A stretch of 64,000 bases of DNA from Mobula hypostoma (Eukaryota): assembly GCF_963921235.1 (NCBI RefSeq), contig NC_086097.1, positions 21,330,001 through 21,394,000 on the forward strand, written 5' to 3'. How positions within the stretch are numbered: position 1 is the first letter of the stretch; each line of letters begins with the position of its first letter. Of this stretch, positions 13,301 to 27,342 are shown piece by piece. The notes beneath the pieces are model-generated. The model was not told the origin of the DNA. It worked only from the letters and a program-made list of their open reading frames with translations, and searched no databases. The position numbers were made by a program, and so were the translations under genes.

Positions 13301-13924
13301 TTGAAATGCTGTTGTATTGATATTGATGAGGTTCCGGCAGCCAAACTCATCTGCTTCCCTTGTTACTTTTCTGCCAATAACTGTAAATGTGAAGCTTGGA
13401 AGATAGTCATTATTACTAGGAATCATCTTCTCCTTTTGAGGCTGACTGGTGAGGTGGAAAGCACTCTGAATCGTGGGCTGGTTTACAGGCAGACATGTAT
13501 GTTACCCGGATTATTGTGGTGCCATAAAATTGAGTGGGTCAGGCAGAATCAGTGGAGGGAAATAGCTAACAACTGGGGTTGCAACCCATTGTATGGACTG
13601 AAAGGGAACTTGCAGGTATAAAATAGTGAGGGGAAGGGGTGGAGCAAGTACTAGTGAATGGTCCAGATAAGGGGGGTGATAGGCTGATGGAGGAAGGAGT
13701 GGAAATGGCAACAAGCTGGGAGATGATAGGTGGAGACCAACAAATGTATGCGACTAATGCAGCCTTGGACTACATTCTCACACAGACTCACTGTCATGTG
13801 TTCTTTCCCCGTTCCTGGCTTTGCTGCCATCTTGTCCCACGTGGTTTCCAGCTCCATTTCCAAACCTGCCCAGGTTGGTCCAGGCCAGGATCTTAGCTAT
13901 TTGCACCTATTTATCACTTAGCAT

Positions 13925-14469
13925 TTTATAGAACGTTAAAAATCTACAGCACATTACAGGCCCTTCGGCCCACAATGTTGTGCCGACCATGTATCTTACT
14001 CTAGAAGCTGCCTAGAATTTCCCTTCTGCATAGCCCTCAATATTTCTAAGCTCCACGTACCTATCTAAGAATCTCTGTTGTCTCTGCCTCTACCACCTTT
14101 GCTGGCAGTGCATTCCACACACCCACCACACTCAGTATGAAAAACTTGCTTTTGACATTCCTCTTGTAGCTACTTCCAAGCTCCTTAAAACTATTCCCCC
14201 TCATGTTAACCATTTCAGCCCCGCGAAAAGGCCTCTGTTTATCCACACAACCAATGCCTGTCATCATCTTGTACACCTCTATCAGGTCACCTCTCATGCT
14301 CTGTCGCTCCAAGGAAAAAAGGCCAAGTTCACTCAACCTATTCTCATAAGGCATGCTCTCCAATCCAGGCAACATCCTTGTAAATCTCCTCTGCACTCTC
14401 TCCATAGGATCCACATTCTTCCTGTAATGAGGTGACCAGAACTGAACACAGTACTCCAAGTGACTCCAA
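13925..14469 (-). mobile_element. CR1 3' fragment
   Basis: ORF 14061..14498 HLEYCVQFWSPHYRK...ERVQRRFTRMLPGL. Confidence 0.92.
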
Positions 14470-16630
14470 CGTGGTGTCTTTTCTTCTTGTGGTTCCAAGA
14501 CAGATCACTTGCAATACCAGAGGAAACAACACACTGGACCATTGCTACACCACCATCAAGAATGCCTACTGTGCTATTCCACGCCCTTCCTTCAGGAAGT
14601 CTGATCACCTGGCTGTACTTCTACTCCCTGAGTATAGGCAGAGACTGAAGTCTGCAGCACCAGCAGTGAGGACCAAGAAGGTTTGGACAAGGGAAGCACA
14701 GGAGCGCCGATAGGACTGCTTTGAATCGGTGGACTGGACTGTATTCAGGGATTCATCTTTGAACCTGGACGAGTATGCTGCAGTTGTTACCGACTTCATT
14801 AAAACCTGTGTGGATGAGTATGTGCCTACAAAGACTTACTGCACATTCCCAAACCAAAAGTCGTGGATGAACCAGGAGGTACGTTGTCTGCTGAAGGCTA
14901 GATCTGTGGCATTCAAGTCTGGCAACCCAGGCCTGTACCAGAAAACCAGGTATGACTTGCGGAGGTTATTTCAAGGGCAAACAGACAATTTCGAATGAGG
15001 TTAGGGGCGACATCGGATGCACGGCAACTCTGGCAGGGTTTGCAGTCATTATTTTTTACAAAGTGAAACCCAATATATGAATGGCAGCGATCACTACCAG
15101 ATGAACTCAATGTCTTCTATGCCCGCTTTGAAAGAGAGACACAACTACAGCTGTGAAGATCCCTGCTGCACCTGATGACCTTGTGATCTCTGTCTCAGAG
15201 GCTGATGTTAGGCTGTCTTCAAAGAGAGTGAACCCCCTCAAGGTGGAAAGTCCCGATGGAGTACCTGATAAGGCTCTGCAAACCTGTGCCAACCAACTGG
15301 CAGGAGTATTCAAGGACATTTTCAACTTCTAACTGCTATGGGCAGAAGTTCCCACTTGCTTCAAAAAGACAACAATTATGCCAGTGCCTAAGAAGAATAT
15401 TGTGAGCTGCCTTAATGACTATCGCCCGGTAGCACTCACATCGACAGTGATGAAATGCTTTGAGAGGTTGGTTATGGCTAGACTGAACTCCTGCCTCAGC
15501 AAGGACCTGGAGCCATTGCAACTGAGAAGTTGCAGAACCTGGGCCTCTGTACCTCCCTCTGCAATTGGATCCTCGATTTCCTAACTGGAAGACCACAATC
15601 TGTGCGGACTGGTGGTAACATTTCCTCCTCGCTGACGATCATCACTGGTGCACCTCAGGGGTGTGTGCTTAGCCCACTGCTCTAATCTCTAAATACACAT
15701 GACTATGTGGCTAGGCATAGCTCAAATACCATATATAAATTTGCTGACAATGCAACCATTGTTGGTAGAAACTCAGGTGGTGACGAGAGGGTGTACAGGA
15801 GTAAGATATACCAACTAGTGGAGTGGTGCCGCAGTAACAACCTGGCACTCAATGTCAGTAAGATGAAAGAGCTGATTGTGGACTTCAGGAAGGGTAAGAC
15901 GAAGGAACATATACCAATCCTCATAGAGGGATCAGAAGTGGAGAGAGTGAGCAGTTTCAAGTTCCTGGGTGTCAAGATCTCAAAGGATCTAACCTGGTCT
16001 CAACATATTGGTGCAATTATAAAGAAGGCAAAACAGCAGCTCTACTTCATTAGGAGTTTGAAGAGATTTGATATGTCAACAAATACACTCAAAAACATCT
16101 GTAGATGTACTGTGGAGAGCATTCTGACAGGCTGCATCACTGTCTGGTATGGGGGGGTGGGTGGGGAACTTCTGCACAGGTCTGAAAAAAGCTGCAGAGG
16201 GTTGTAAGTTATAACCTACAAAGTAGGTTAGTCAGCTCCATCTTGAGTACTAGCCTACAAAGTACCCAGGACATCTTCAAGGAGCGGTGTCTCAGAAAGG
16301 CAGTGTCCATTATTAACAACTGTTACCATTGGGAAGGAGGTACAGAAGCCTGAAGGCACACACTCAGCGATTCAGGAACAGCTTCTTCCCCTCTGCTGTC
16401 CGATTCCTAAATGGACATTGAACCCTTAGTATATAGTATTATATAGTATTTCTATTTTTTGCACAATTTTTAATCTATTCAATACACATATACTGTATAA
16501 AGTATACTGAATAAGATTTACTATTATTATTTTTTTTCTTCTATATAATGTATTGCATTGAACTGCTGCTGCTAAGTTAACAAATTTCATGTCACATGCC
16601 GGTGATAATAAACCTGATTCTGATTCTGAC
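14470..16630 (+). mobile_element. Rex1/Babar-type LINE, 5'-truncated, frameshifted
   Basis: TRGNNTLDHCY and SDH (endonuclease end), [33 protein letters not shown] region, KFADN, and AATAAACCTGATTCTGATTCTGA tail. Confidence 0.92.
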
Positions 16631-16919
16631 CTGGAGATCAGGACTAAAATATTGCAAAATTCTACTTACTGGAAGCTAAACCTTTGGATATGCCACAGTC
16701 GTCTGCTTACAGTGGTTTACCTGCCTGGACTGGGCCACATGAATAGCCTGTGTTATTCATTGATGGCTTCAGACATGGATTTTTAATGAGAATAAGAGTG
16801 AGAGAATGAGAATTAGCACTTAGTGAACGTGGAAAGGAAAGCACATCTATGAAAGGTGACTTTATTAGAATACGTTCCTTTAGATCAGTCACCAAAGAGA
16901 ATGCGTGGCTGATATTCAA

Positions 16920-17765
16920 GTTGGAAAAACTTGGATTGCTTTCTCTGGACCGTAGAGGCTAAGGGGAGATCTGACTGAAGTTCTGAAGATCAAGAGAGGC
17001 ATAGATAAACAGGTAGTATCTTTTCCCCAGTGTCAAAATGTCTCATGTCAGAGGATATGCATTGAATGTGAGAGGGAGTAAATTCAAAGGAGATTTTTTT
17101 TTACACAGTGGTAGGTGCTTAGAATGGGCTGCCAGAGATGGTAGTAGCAATAGTGGTGCTATAACTCGAGTTGAGTGTGATGTTCTTCAAAGAGGTTGTC
17201 TATTGGTGGATCCTCAGGTGGATGTAGAGGCTGATTTGGGATCTGCGTACTAGGATGTTTGGTTGGATTCCCCTAATGGGGAATGCCTATGCATGGCTTT
17301 GTGTAATGTGGGGAGGCTAACGCATGGGCAGCCACCACATAGTCCTTGACAGTTAGGGGTCAGTGACATAGACCAATACCACTGTTGAGGTATTGGTTGG
17401 TTTGCTCTTTGTCTGGACCCTCCCCCTTGACCTTACCACCATGGGTGGTCCTATGAGGAGCAAGCACCAGGTGGCTAAACTCCAGACGGCATTGTTCTTA
17501 GGAACTCACAGGCCTCTCCACCATGATGATCCTCGGAGAAGGGCGGTATTTTGAGAGGCCCTTAGATAGGCTATAATATTAAGTACTTTATTGACCCTGA
17601 GTGGGAAATTATTTCGTAATTAGATAGGTAAGTGAATTTGCAAAGAATAGAGAGATGTGGACATCATGCAGGCAGAGTAATTTAGTTCGTCTTTCCGTCA
17701 CTAATTTAATTAGTTTGGCACAACATCATGGGTTGAAGGGCCTGTCTCTGTTTGGCACTGTTCTA
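16920..17765 (+). mobile_element. Degenerate CR1 3' fragment interrupted at ~17165-17545
   Basis: VRGYALNVRGSKFKGD and tail GGGTTGAAGGGCCTG. Confidence 0.75.
17165..17545 (-). mobile_element. Non-autonomous RTE-related fragment (5'UTR-like)
   Basis: CTGGACCCTCCCCCTTGACC...CATGGGTGGTCCT...CTCCAGACGGCAT...GCCTCTCCACCA resembles antisense RTE 5' UTRs (recall only). Confidence 0.5.
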
Positions 17766-19066
17766 CCTTCAGGAAGCTTGGCAATTCAATACGTTGACTG
17801 TTGGTGTGATGTTGGCAGGGTAACACAGCATACTCTCAACTGTACTCTCATTGAGCTTGTATATTTTAGACCCATGAGAATGTTCATTTAATTTGTCTAT
17901 TTATTTTCTTTGGTCGTTGGCCTCCTGTGCTCTCTCGCACCCTCCCCTAGTTGCAATGAGCTAACCATTCTCTCTTCCCCTTGTATTCCTTCTGTTATCT
18001 TCTTCTCTCTCCCAAGTGGTCACCTGTCCTCATTGAAGGAGTTGTGCATCTGTTCTCTATCTGCACTGTATTCTGTGTTGAGTTTTTATTATGGTAACTA
18101 CTCCTGTGGGTGAGGGTGTAGCAAAAGCAAAGGGTTTAGTTATGTGTTTGTGCTTTGTTCTCAGCAGTTCAGAGCTGGGAGCCGTCGGGTGTCATATCCT
18201 TTGTTGACAGGTTAATTACATTTGAAATCACTTAACTTTAATAACTTTTCTTAAGTCTGCTTAAGCATGTTTAATTTTGCTAGTTTTAGTTTTGTAAGTT
18301 TCATTACTTCACGATTGTATGTTTTGCTAGTTGCTAATAAAGGTTCCAATACGTTTCTTTGACTTTTGGAACATTATTATTAGATTGATCAGAGAATGCA
18401 TGATGCAGGATAACAACTCCTGTGAGGTCTCCAGCAGTGGCATCGGTTTGTTCGAGTGGCCACGACACTCCTCTTTGATTTTCCTAACTTGTTATTCTGC
18501 TCCACACCCATCCCCATCATCTGTAAATATCCACTCATTTAGTAACATACATAAAAATTATTTTAACCTCCCGAGGCTGCTGCTCGTAGCCTCAGTATGT
18601 CTTCAGTTAGCAAGGAAGCCAAAATGAATTCTTAGAAATTGTACAAATTGTTATTTAATATCCATATGGGTTATGCATATTTCCATACAGAGTACCTAGG
18701 CAAAATTTTAAAACAGGGAGAGAATAATTTACCTCTCTCACAAAGGATAATGTGGCCTAGCCTTGATCTTTGATGCTACAAAAATGCTCAAAACAGCTTG
18801 AGAGATTTCATGCACAATTTAACTGTCCGTCATACATTCCCAGCTCTTATCTCTTTTGAATTGACAATAGAGGATCATTTTAATTGTTCTTTTCACTTCT
18901 TTGAGGAATGGGACCAGTATAAACTGCTACCAGAGGCTTCTAGTCCAGAGGTGTCCTTCTAATAAATTGCACTCTGAATCAGTAGATTTTTTTTATCTCT
19001 GAAATGTAATCGGAATTTAATCCAGCAATTGTATTTTAACAATTCAAATTACAGGGAATGCAATTT

Positions 19067-19080
19067 GTTTCCATGGCAAC
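19067..19080. promoter_or_regulatory. RFX X-box motif
   Basis: GTTTCCATGGCAAC matches the GTTNCCATGGNAAC consensus in non-repeat sequence. Function is untested. Confidence 0.55.
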
Positions 19081-19174
19081 TGGTGTGAACTAAGGCTGAG
19101 TGAATGGCAGAGCCACCTCCGTGTGGCTTTCATTGTTTTATGTGCTTCCTTTGCCAGCCTGTACTGCAAAATAT

Positions 19175-19690
19175 AAACACGAGAGATTATGCAGATGCTG
19201 GAAATCTTGAGCAACAGACACAAAGTGCCTGAGGAGCTCCAGGGCCTCCTCTCCTGCCACTATGAGGCCACTCTCAGGGTTGGACAGCAACACCTCATAT
19301 TCCATTTGGGTAGCCTCTAACCTGATGGCATGGATATCGATTTCTCCTTTGGGTAATTTTTCCCCCTTTTCTTTCTTATTTTCCTCCCCCTTCAGTCTTC
19401 TTCCATTCCCCACATTGGCCTCTTACCTTCCTGGTGCCCCTCCTTCCCTTTCTCACATGATCCACTCTCCTCTCCTATCAGAGTCCTTCTTCTCCAGTCC
19501 TTTACTTTTCCCGCCCACCTGGCTTCACCTGTTTAGCTTGTCCCTCCCACCCCAACACCACCTTTTTCTTCCCTTGACTAACCCCCTTCCTTTCCAAACC
19601 TGATGAAGGGTCTTGGCCTGAAACTGCAACTGTTTATCCATTTCCATACCTGACCTGCTGAGTTCCTCCAGCATTTTGTATGTATGGCTC
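19175..19690 (+). mobile_element. Penelope-like 3' fragment with inverted terminal piece at its 5' end
   Basis: Encodes the GIY-YIG end (QHLIFHLGSL*PDGMDIDF), pyrimidine-rich UTR and decayed hammerhead CTGATGAAGGGTCTTGGCCTGAAA at ~19600-19623. Confidence 0.88.
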
Positions 19691-20909
19691 TAATATTTCT
19701 TCATCCTGAAATCATTTTACATTGTAATTCTGCAAATATTTGCAAAAAGAATTCCATGGGTTTGCTTTTTTTATTTGAGTAACTAATCTTGACAGGAAAT
19801 CGTAGAGTAAAATCAAAGATCACAGCAGTCAACCCACTCAAAGACCAACAGATGGAAACCCATTCCATATTGTTGCCCCATTGCCTTGATTTTTTTAAAA
19901 TGGTATTTGCAGAACTAAAAAATAAACCTTTTGTTTTTGGAGATGATAAAGAACAATCTGAATTATTTAATTTGTATTTCATTGTATCCAAATACTCCCT
20001 GAAATCGTTCAGAAAATTTTAAATTAGAAGCAGGCCCCATGAGTTTACTCCACCATTCAGTAAGATGATGGTTGGTTTGATCTCAGTCTTCCCATCGTTC
20101 CTCAGGTAAACTTTTGCCTTAAAATATTAACAGATTTTGTATGCAGTACACTGCACTTGGAAGAAGAAAATTTAAAAGATTTGTGACCCTCAAAAGGGAA
20201 AAATAAATTGCTTCATCCCTCTCCAGTGAATGGCCTCATTTGAAACACTAGTTCAAGATTTTCTCACAATGGAAAAGTTGTGCACATCCATCCTAATAAG
20301 ACTGTTCTGGATTTTATACATTCTGACAGTTTTGTTATTTACTTGTTCATGGGATTATGGGCGTTCTTATTAAGGGGAAATACTCCATGGAACAGGAGGC
20401 ATCTGTGGAGGAGGAAACAGAGTTCTTGTTTCATCAGAACTGGGAGAAGATAAGGAGACATTATTCTTCTGAAGTCCAACAGATACAATCGTAGCATGCC
20501 TAATTTTCCTCTTAATACACCCCCTGCCAAAACTAAATATTAGTCTGGTAATATTTTGAACTGCAACATTGTTGGATTGGGGTTCAGAATGTTTTTTTTG
20601 TGTAGTTTATGCTTGCTTATATTTTTATATAATCACCTATGTACATGTAATTTTTCAGTGAATTTTCCAGTACAGTTGCTTGTGTATTTTTCTGGCAGCT
20701 TCTTAGTTTTCACTTATTAGTTGTTGTACTGGCCTTTTGCTAATCGTGCACCAGAAATCCCAGATCCCTCTGCAATGCAAAGCTCTGAAATCAGTCACCA
20801 TTTAGATTAGCTTTATTTTTCCTGCCAAAGAGGATAATTTTATCTTTTCCCACATTGATACTAAACAGATCTTTCCCTGCTCACTCAACCTATCAGTGTC
20901 CCTTTGTAA

Positions 20910-21245
20910 TAGACACCGACAGGCCTAGATAGAGTGGATGTTGCGAGGATGCTTCTATTCGTAGGAGGGTCTAGGATCTGAAGGCACAGGCTTAGGATAA
21001 AGGAATGTTCCCTTATTACAGAGCTAAGGAGAAATTTCTACAGCCAGAGAGGTTGGTAAGTATGTGTAATCTGTTGCTATGTGAAATCAAGTCATTAGTT
21101 GTATTTAAGGCAAGAGATTGATATGTTCTTTATGGGTATGGGTAGAAGACTGAAGAATGGGGTTGAAAGAAAAAATCAGCCATGATTGAATCGTAAGCAG
21201 ACTCAATGGGCTGAATGGCCTAACTCTGCTCCTCTATCTAATGGT
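20910..21245 (+). mobile_element. CR1 3' fragment nested in an older antisense CR1 (~20030-22330)
   Basis: GGCCTAGATAGAGTGGATG... and tail GGGCTGAATGGCCTAACTCTGCTCC. The host is highly decayed. Confidence 0.75.
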
Positions 21246-23769
21246 AACCTTCTTGTGTTCTCTTCACAACCTACTTTCCAATCTATCTTTGTGTCATCCG
21301 CAAATCCAAGCCATTTAAATGATTGTAGGGAACTGAGGCCCCAGTACTGGTCCCTGTATCATACCACTTGTGCATCTTGCCAACCACAAAAAGACCACCT
21401 TATGCATAGTTACTGTTTCTCATTCAGCAGCCGATCTTCTGTCCATACTAAAATATTGTATTTTATTTTCTGTACAACCTTTGATACAGCACCCTATCAA
21501 ACGCCTTCTGGAAATATTCAAGTTCAGATTCAGATTGGTTTATTGCCATATACACCAGGGTGCAGTGAAATCCCTTGCTTTTGTGGAACTTGTACAATCT
21601 TAGTTACAGCGACAAGTGTGAAACAACAGAATGATGTAGTTTGTCTGTTTACCAGTTCCCCTTTATTCACAGCATGTCACTGTTTCAAAAACCTCCAATA
21701 AGATTATTTATTTTTCACTAGAATACATTAACTTGAAGATTCTAAGTGTCATGATGTACATGTTTGATATTAGTTTCTATCTGTTGCAATGACAAGTGCT
21801 AATCTAACTGGCCTGAGGTCTCCTGCTTTCTGCTTCCCTTTTGAATTTACATGCCCAATATTATGGAACCTTTTTCAAATCTGGGAAACTTTGGAAAATC
21901 AAAACCAACGTGTTAACTATCTCACTGGTCATTTGTTTTTAAGAATCTAGGATGTAGTCTCTCAGGAACCAGGGATTTTTTTCAGTACACTGCTCTAGTT
22001 TTTTACCTGGTATTTGTACTTTCTTCGAGTCCCTCTTTCCTTTTCAATTCCTAATTGAGATGCTACTTGTGAACACAGGTAAAAATACTCGTTTAACTGC
22101 ATATCCCTATTTCCCATTTATTAATTCCCTAGAGCCAGTGACATCAATGCTCACATGTGTGTACTCTTATTTTCTTTTTTTAATATCTATAGAAAGTCTT
22201 ACTTGTACTTTTTTGATTTTTGATTAGCTTTGAGTCATCCTGTATTTCCTCTACCTTGTTAATCTTTTAATTATTTGTTTATGTGTTATATTCTGTCCAA
22301 TTTTTCTTACACGTATTTAACCTTCTCCAAAGGTCCTCTACTTGGGAAAATGTTCTTTCTCATTGGAGTGTCTTATTTTGGACATTCTGAAAGACTCTCC
22401 TCAATATCTACCTTTGTCTCTCCACCTATCAGTTCACTTTAGCTACCTCTGCCTTCATGCCTTTATAATCACCCTTTTATCATCTCCACTTCTATTTTAT
22501 CATTGTCATGGAGCACATACTGTATACAAGTCTTTCAGCCCATCTAATCCATGCTTAGTCCCATTGACCTGCACCTGGACCATAGCCCATCATATCCCTC
22601 CCATCCATGTACTTATCCAAACTTCTCTTAATCATGTCAAGTATTTAATATCCTTTGAAAAACTTTAAAATTTAATTAAATTGTCTTTGTTCCTGAAGTA
22701 CACATGCTACTGACAAGGTGACATTTATCTTCAATCCTTAACTGGACACTAAGTGAAGACACTGTTAAGAATCAACCATATTTGTGAATACGGAGTCACA
22801 TATAGACAAGAACAGCAAGTTTCTTTTGCTGAAGTTCATTAGCAAACCAGATATGTTTTACAATAATTCGATCCACTATTGTGCTTACCATCAATGAGGA
22901 CTTTATTTTTAATTCTAGATTTATTCAGTTACTTAAATTTAATATCCCCAGCTGCTGAGGTAGATTTCTCAAGCTCAAATCCTGAACTCTTGCTTTTGGT
23001 CCATTTACTTAACCTTTATGCTACATGTATATTATCATCCTTTCAGGACATCCTTTATAGATTGCAAAGTGCTTCGACTGGCTTCCTGCTCGTTACCATT
23101 TTCTGTTTTGTAGTATGGATCTGTTTATCAGCTATTGGGCGGTTTGAAAGTTCTAGTTTGTAATTAAATTCAGTCTTAAAAGACCTACAAAAGTTAATTT
23201 TATTGCATTTATGTTCTTGGTTGAGGCCTCTCTTAGGGCAGGAATTAATTAGAAAGTTGAAAGCAGTTTAGATTGATGGGAGTCAAAGGTCTGGGGATCC
23301 TGGAATGATTACTTTGATGCTTTCTGTCCATGCACAACCTCCAGGCTTAGGCCAATGACTGTTCCCATCTAATCCTTCCTTTCATCTTAGCCTATTCCTG
23401 CTTACTGCTGGTTCCTCTGCCTTGGGTGTCAAGATAATGAAATCTGAATTAGATTGACCTTATTCAGCTGGTAAATTTGACTTCCTCCTCTCTCATGACC
23501 CTTCAAGGGACCTGTTTTACTGTTGACCCCATTGTTAATATTACCTTCTGCCTGAATGAGACGATGATAATAAATTATTGACATGATTATTTCAGGCAGG
23601 TTACAGCACATGGTTGTCCATGATTTGAAGTAACTACATGCCTGTGTGTCAAGGACAGCTATGCACTGCGATGATCATTAAATAATCTCTCCATCTTCAG
23701 GGTCAAAAGTATTAGATTTACATTTACATTTACACCTACTTTAGAAAAGACCATTAATTCCAGGAGGCG

Positions 23770-26112
23770 ACTTGCTCCTCCACTGCCTGGATTACTCTGT
23801 TTTATCCCTCCTAGTTCAGTCCCTCCCCACCTACACCCGTGACACTTCACACGCTTCTGAATCTTTTTCAATGATTTCAAGTTCCCTGGCCCCCATTATC
23901 TTATTTTTACTATGTACGTCCAGTTTCTATACACCTCCATCCCCCACCAGGAAGGCCTCAAAGCTCTCCATTTCTTTCTGGACATCAGACGCAACCAGTT
24001 TCCCTCCACCACCACACTCTTGCGTCTAGCGAAACTTGACCCCACTCTTAATAATTTCTCCTTTGGCCCCTCCCATTTCCTTCAAACAGAAGGTGTAGCC
24101 ATGGGAACCTGCATGGGTCCCAGCTATACCTGCTTTTTTGCCGGCCATGTGGAACAGTCTATGTTCCAAGCCTACACTGGTGTCCGTCCCCAACTTTTCC
24201 TACGCTGCATCGACTGCATTGGTGCTGATTCCTGCACTCATCCGGAGCTCATTGACATCATCAACTTTGCCTCCAATTTCCACCCTGCCTTCATCGTCTG
24301 GGATGGGAACTGTACTTCCCTCAGTTGCAGGCCCTTCCGGAGAGTGGTGCGGACACCCCAGCGCATCTGTGGATGTGAACTTCCCACTATTCAGGACATT
24401 TACTGTGACAGGTGTATAAAAAAGGCACAAAGGATTATTGGGGATCCGAGTCACCCCAACCGCAAAGTGTTCAACTGCTACCATCTGGGAAACAGTACCA
24501 CAGCATGAAAGACAGGACCAACAGGCTCCAGGACAGCTTCTTCCACCAGGCCATCAGACTGATTAATTCACACTGCCGCAATCATCTTTCTAAGCTATAT
24601 TGACTGTTCTGTTGTATATCTTACTGTACATACTATTTATTACAAATTACTATAGTTTACACATTGCACATTCAGATGGAGACGTAACAAAGATTTTTAC
24701 TCCTCACATATGTGAAGGATGTAAGAAATAAATTCAATTCAGTTTACCTGTTCCATTTCAGAAGCCTCCCTCCCCTTTCTCGATCTTTCTGTGTGTAGCT
24801 CTGGAAACAGCTTATCTACTGATGTCTATTATAAACCCATGGACTCTCACAGCTACCTGGACTATACCTCTTCCCACTCTGTTACTTGTAAAAAACACCA
24901 TCCCTTTTTCTCAATTCCACCATCGCATCTGCTCTCAGGATAAGGCTTCTCATTCTAGAATGGAGAAAATGTCCTATTTTTTTCAAAGAAAGGGGCTTCC
25001 CTTCCTCTATCATCAATGGTTGCCCTCAACCGCATCACTTCCATTTTACCCACATCTGCTCTTACCCCATCCTCCTGTCAGCCTACCAGGGATAGGGTTC
25101 CTCTTGTCCTCCCTTACCGCCCCACCAGCCTATGCGTCCAGCACATAGTTCTCCGGAACTTCAGCCATCTCCAACAAGATCCCACCACCAAGCTTATCTT
25201 TCCCTCTCCCCACTTTCTGCTTTCTGAAGAGTTTGCTCCCTATGTGACTCCCTTGTCCATTCGTCCCTCCCAACTGATCTCCCTCCTGACACTTATCCTT
25301 GCAAGTGGAACAAGTGCTACATCTGTCCCTACACCTCCTCCCTCACTACCATTCAGGGCCCCAAATTGTCCTTCCAGGTGAGGCGACACTTCACCTCTGA
25401 ATCATTTGGCGTCATCTACTGTGTCCGGTGCTCCCGATGTGGTCTCCTGTATATTGGTGAGACCCGACGTAGATTGGGAGACCGCCTCACCGAGCACCTA
25501 TGCTCCGTCTGCCAGAAGAAGCGGGATCTCCCAGTAGCCACTCATTTTAATTCCACTTCCCATTCCCATTCCGATATGTCAATCCATGGCCTCCTCAGCT
25601 GTCGCAATGAGGCCACACTCAGGTTGGAGGAACAACACCTTGTATTCCGTCTGGGTAGCCTCCAACCTGATGGCATGAACATCGATTTTTCAAACTTCCA
25701 GTGATGCTGCCCCCCGCTTCACTATTCCCCATCCCCTTTTCCTTCTTGCACTTATCTCCTTGCCTGGCCATTGTCTCCCTCTGGTGTTCCTCCCCCTCTT
25801 TCTTTCTTCCATGGCCTTCCGTCTTCTCCTGTTAAGTTCCCCCTTCTCCAGCCCTGTATCTCTTTCACCAATCAACTTCTTAGCTCTTTACTTCATTCCC
25901 TCCCCCACCAGTTTCACCTATCACCTTGAGTTTCTCCTCCCCCTCCCCCACCTTTTAAATTTACTCATCTGTTTTACTACAGTCCTGCAGAAGGGTCTTG
26001 GCCTGAAATGTCAACCGTACTTTTTCCTCTAAATATTGTCTGGCCTGCTGAGTTTCTCCAGCATTTTGTGTGTTTTGCTTGGATTTCCAGCATCTGCAGA
26101 TTTTCTTTTGTT
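23770..26112 (+). mobile_element. Older Penelope-like (Neptune-type) element, frameshifted
   Basis: LYTSIPHQEG, GVAMGT and GIY-YIG ORF 25366..25704 (VIYCVRCSRCGLLYIGET). Colinear with 28097-29984. Decayed hammerhead at ~25981-26016. Confidence 0.93.
24291..24740 (+). mobile_element. Rex-type LINE 3' fragment nested in the older PLE
   Basis: RTNRLQDSFFHQAIRL and AATAAATTCAATTC tail. PLE sequence CACCCTGCC...AGTTTACCTG resumes on both sides. Confidence 0.88.
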
Positions 26113-26204
26113 TACTCTGCTATGATCTTATCTCTCGTTCTGACTGAAGATCTGTCTTCACTTCAATGGCAGATTTTCCTTTATTCATCTCTGCTTTGTT
26201 GAGA

Positions 26205-26335
26205 CAGAATAACACACACAAAATGCTGGAGGACCTCAGCAGGCCAGGCAGCATCTATGGAGGGGAATAAGGAGTCGACAGTTTGGGCCAAGACCCCTCA
26301 TCAGGAGACCTGTCTTGGCCCGATACATTGACTAC
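26205..26335. mobile_element. PLE-terminus inverted fragment
   Basis: Minus strand reads CTGATGAGGGGTCTTGGCCCAAACTGTCGACT (decayed hammerhead), followed by a short + arm. Confidence 0.75.
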
Positions 26336-26374
26336 TTGACTCTTTAGCTGACTACTTGCCTTCCTTCACAGACT

Positions 26375-27342
26375 GCTGTGTACTTTGCTTCATGGAAGCA
26401 TGTCTCACCCCCACCATTTTGGATGCAGTGTTACAGCCTGAGGGGGTTCAACATTCACCGCAAAGACAGAATAGCTGATTCTCTTAAAGGTAGTGGAGGC
26501 AGAGTATGCCTCATGGTTAACTCATGGTGGTGCATGAACGTGGTAGTTCTGTCGCATTCCTGCTCACCTGACCTGGATTATCTAGTGGTCAAGTGCTGCT
26601 TATTCACCAGGATGTTGAACTCTAGCAAATTTCTACAGAGGTACCATGAAGAGCGTTCTAACTGGTTGCATCACGGTCTGGTATTGAGGGGCCACCGCAC
26701 AGGATCGGAAAAAACTGCAGAATGTTGCAAACTCCATCAGCTCCATCTTGTGCACTAGCCTCCCCAGCCAGAGGACATCTTCAAATGGCAATGCCACGAA
26801 AAATGGCTTCAATCATTAAGGATCCCTGTCACCCAGGACGTACCCTCTTCTCATTAAAGGGAGGAGGTACAGGTGCCTGAAGACACACACTCAATATTTA
26901 AGGAACAGCTTCTTCCCCTGTGCTATTAGATTTCTGAAAGGACAATCAATTGATGTACACTACCTCACTGTTTTTTTCCTTCACTTTTTGGACTAATTTA
27001 ATTTATTTTTTGAATATATGTTTCTTTTTGTAATTTATAGTTTTTAATTGTGTATTGCAATGTGCTGATGCTGCAGAACGACAGATTTCACAACATATGT
27101 CGGTGATATTAAACCTGATGGAGAGCAGTGCACACACAAAACGCTGGAGGAACTCAGCAGGTCAGGCAACATCTATAGAAAAGAGTAAACGGTCGATGTT
27201 TCATTCCAAAACATCAACTGTTTACTCTTTTTCATAGATGCTGCCTGACCCGCTGAGTTCCTCCAGCGTTTTATGTGCGTTGCTTTGGATTTCCAGCATT
27301 TGCAGACTTTCTCATACTTGTGATTAAACCTGATTGTGATTC
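26375..27342 (+). mobile_element. Internally deleted Rex-type LINE (endonuclease start fused to 3' end)
   Basis: GFNIHRKDR...GGRVCLMVNSWWC...CSPDLDYLVVKC joined at ~26600 to C-terminal and 3'UTR sequence. Confidence 0.8.
27120..27322. mobile_element. PLE-terminus fold-back element
   Basis: Inverted arms and 12-bp TSD ATTAAACCTGAT (27108-27119, 27323-27334). Confidence 0.88.

Noticed and set aside
1..16630. Inverted Rex1 pairs (1-1882 vs 14470-16630, 38471 vs 45350) as TIRs of a giant transposon
   Set aside because: Different truncation points and own tails indicate independent LINE insertions.
23912..24508. PLE-Rex chimeric 198-aa ORF
   Set aside because: Nested insertion. The PLE resumes at 24741 and both parts are decayed.
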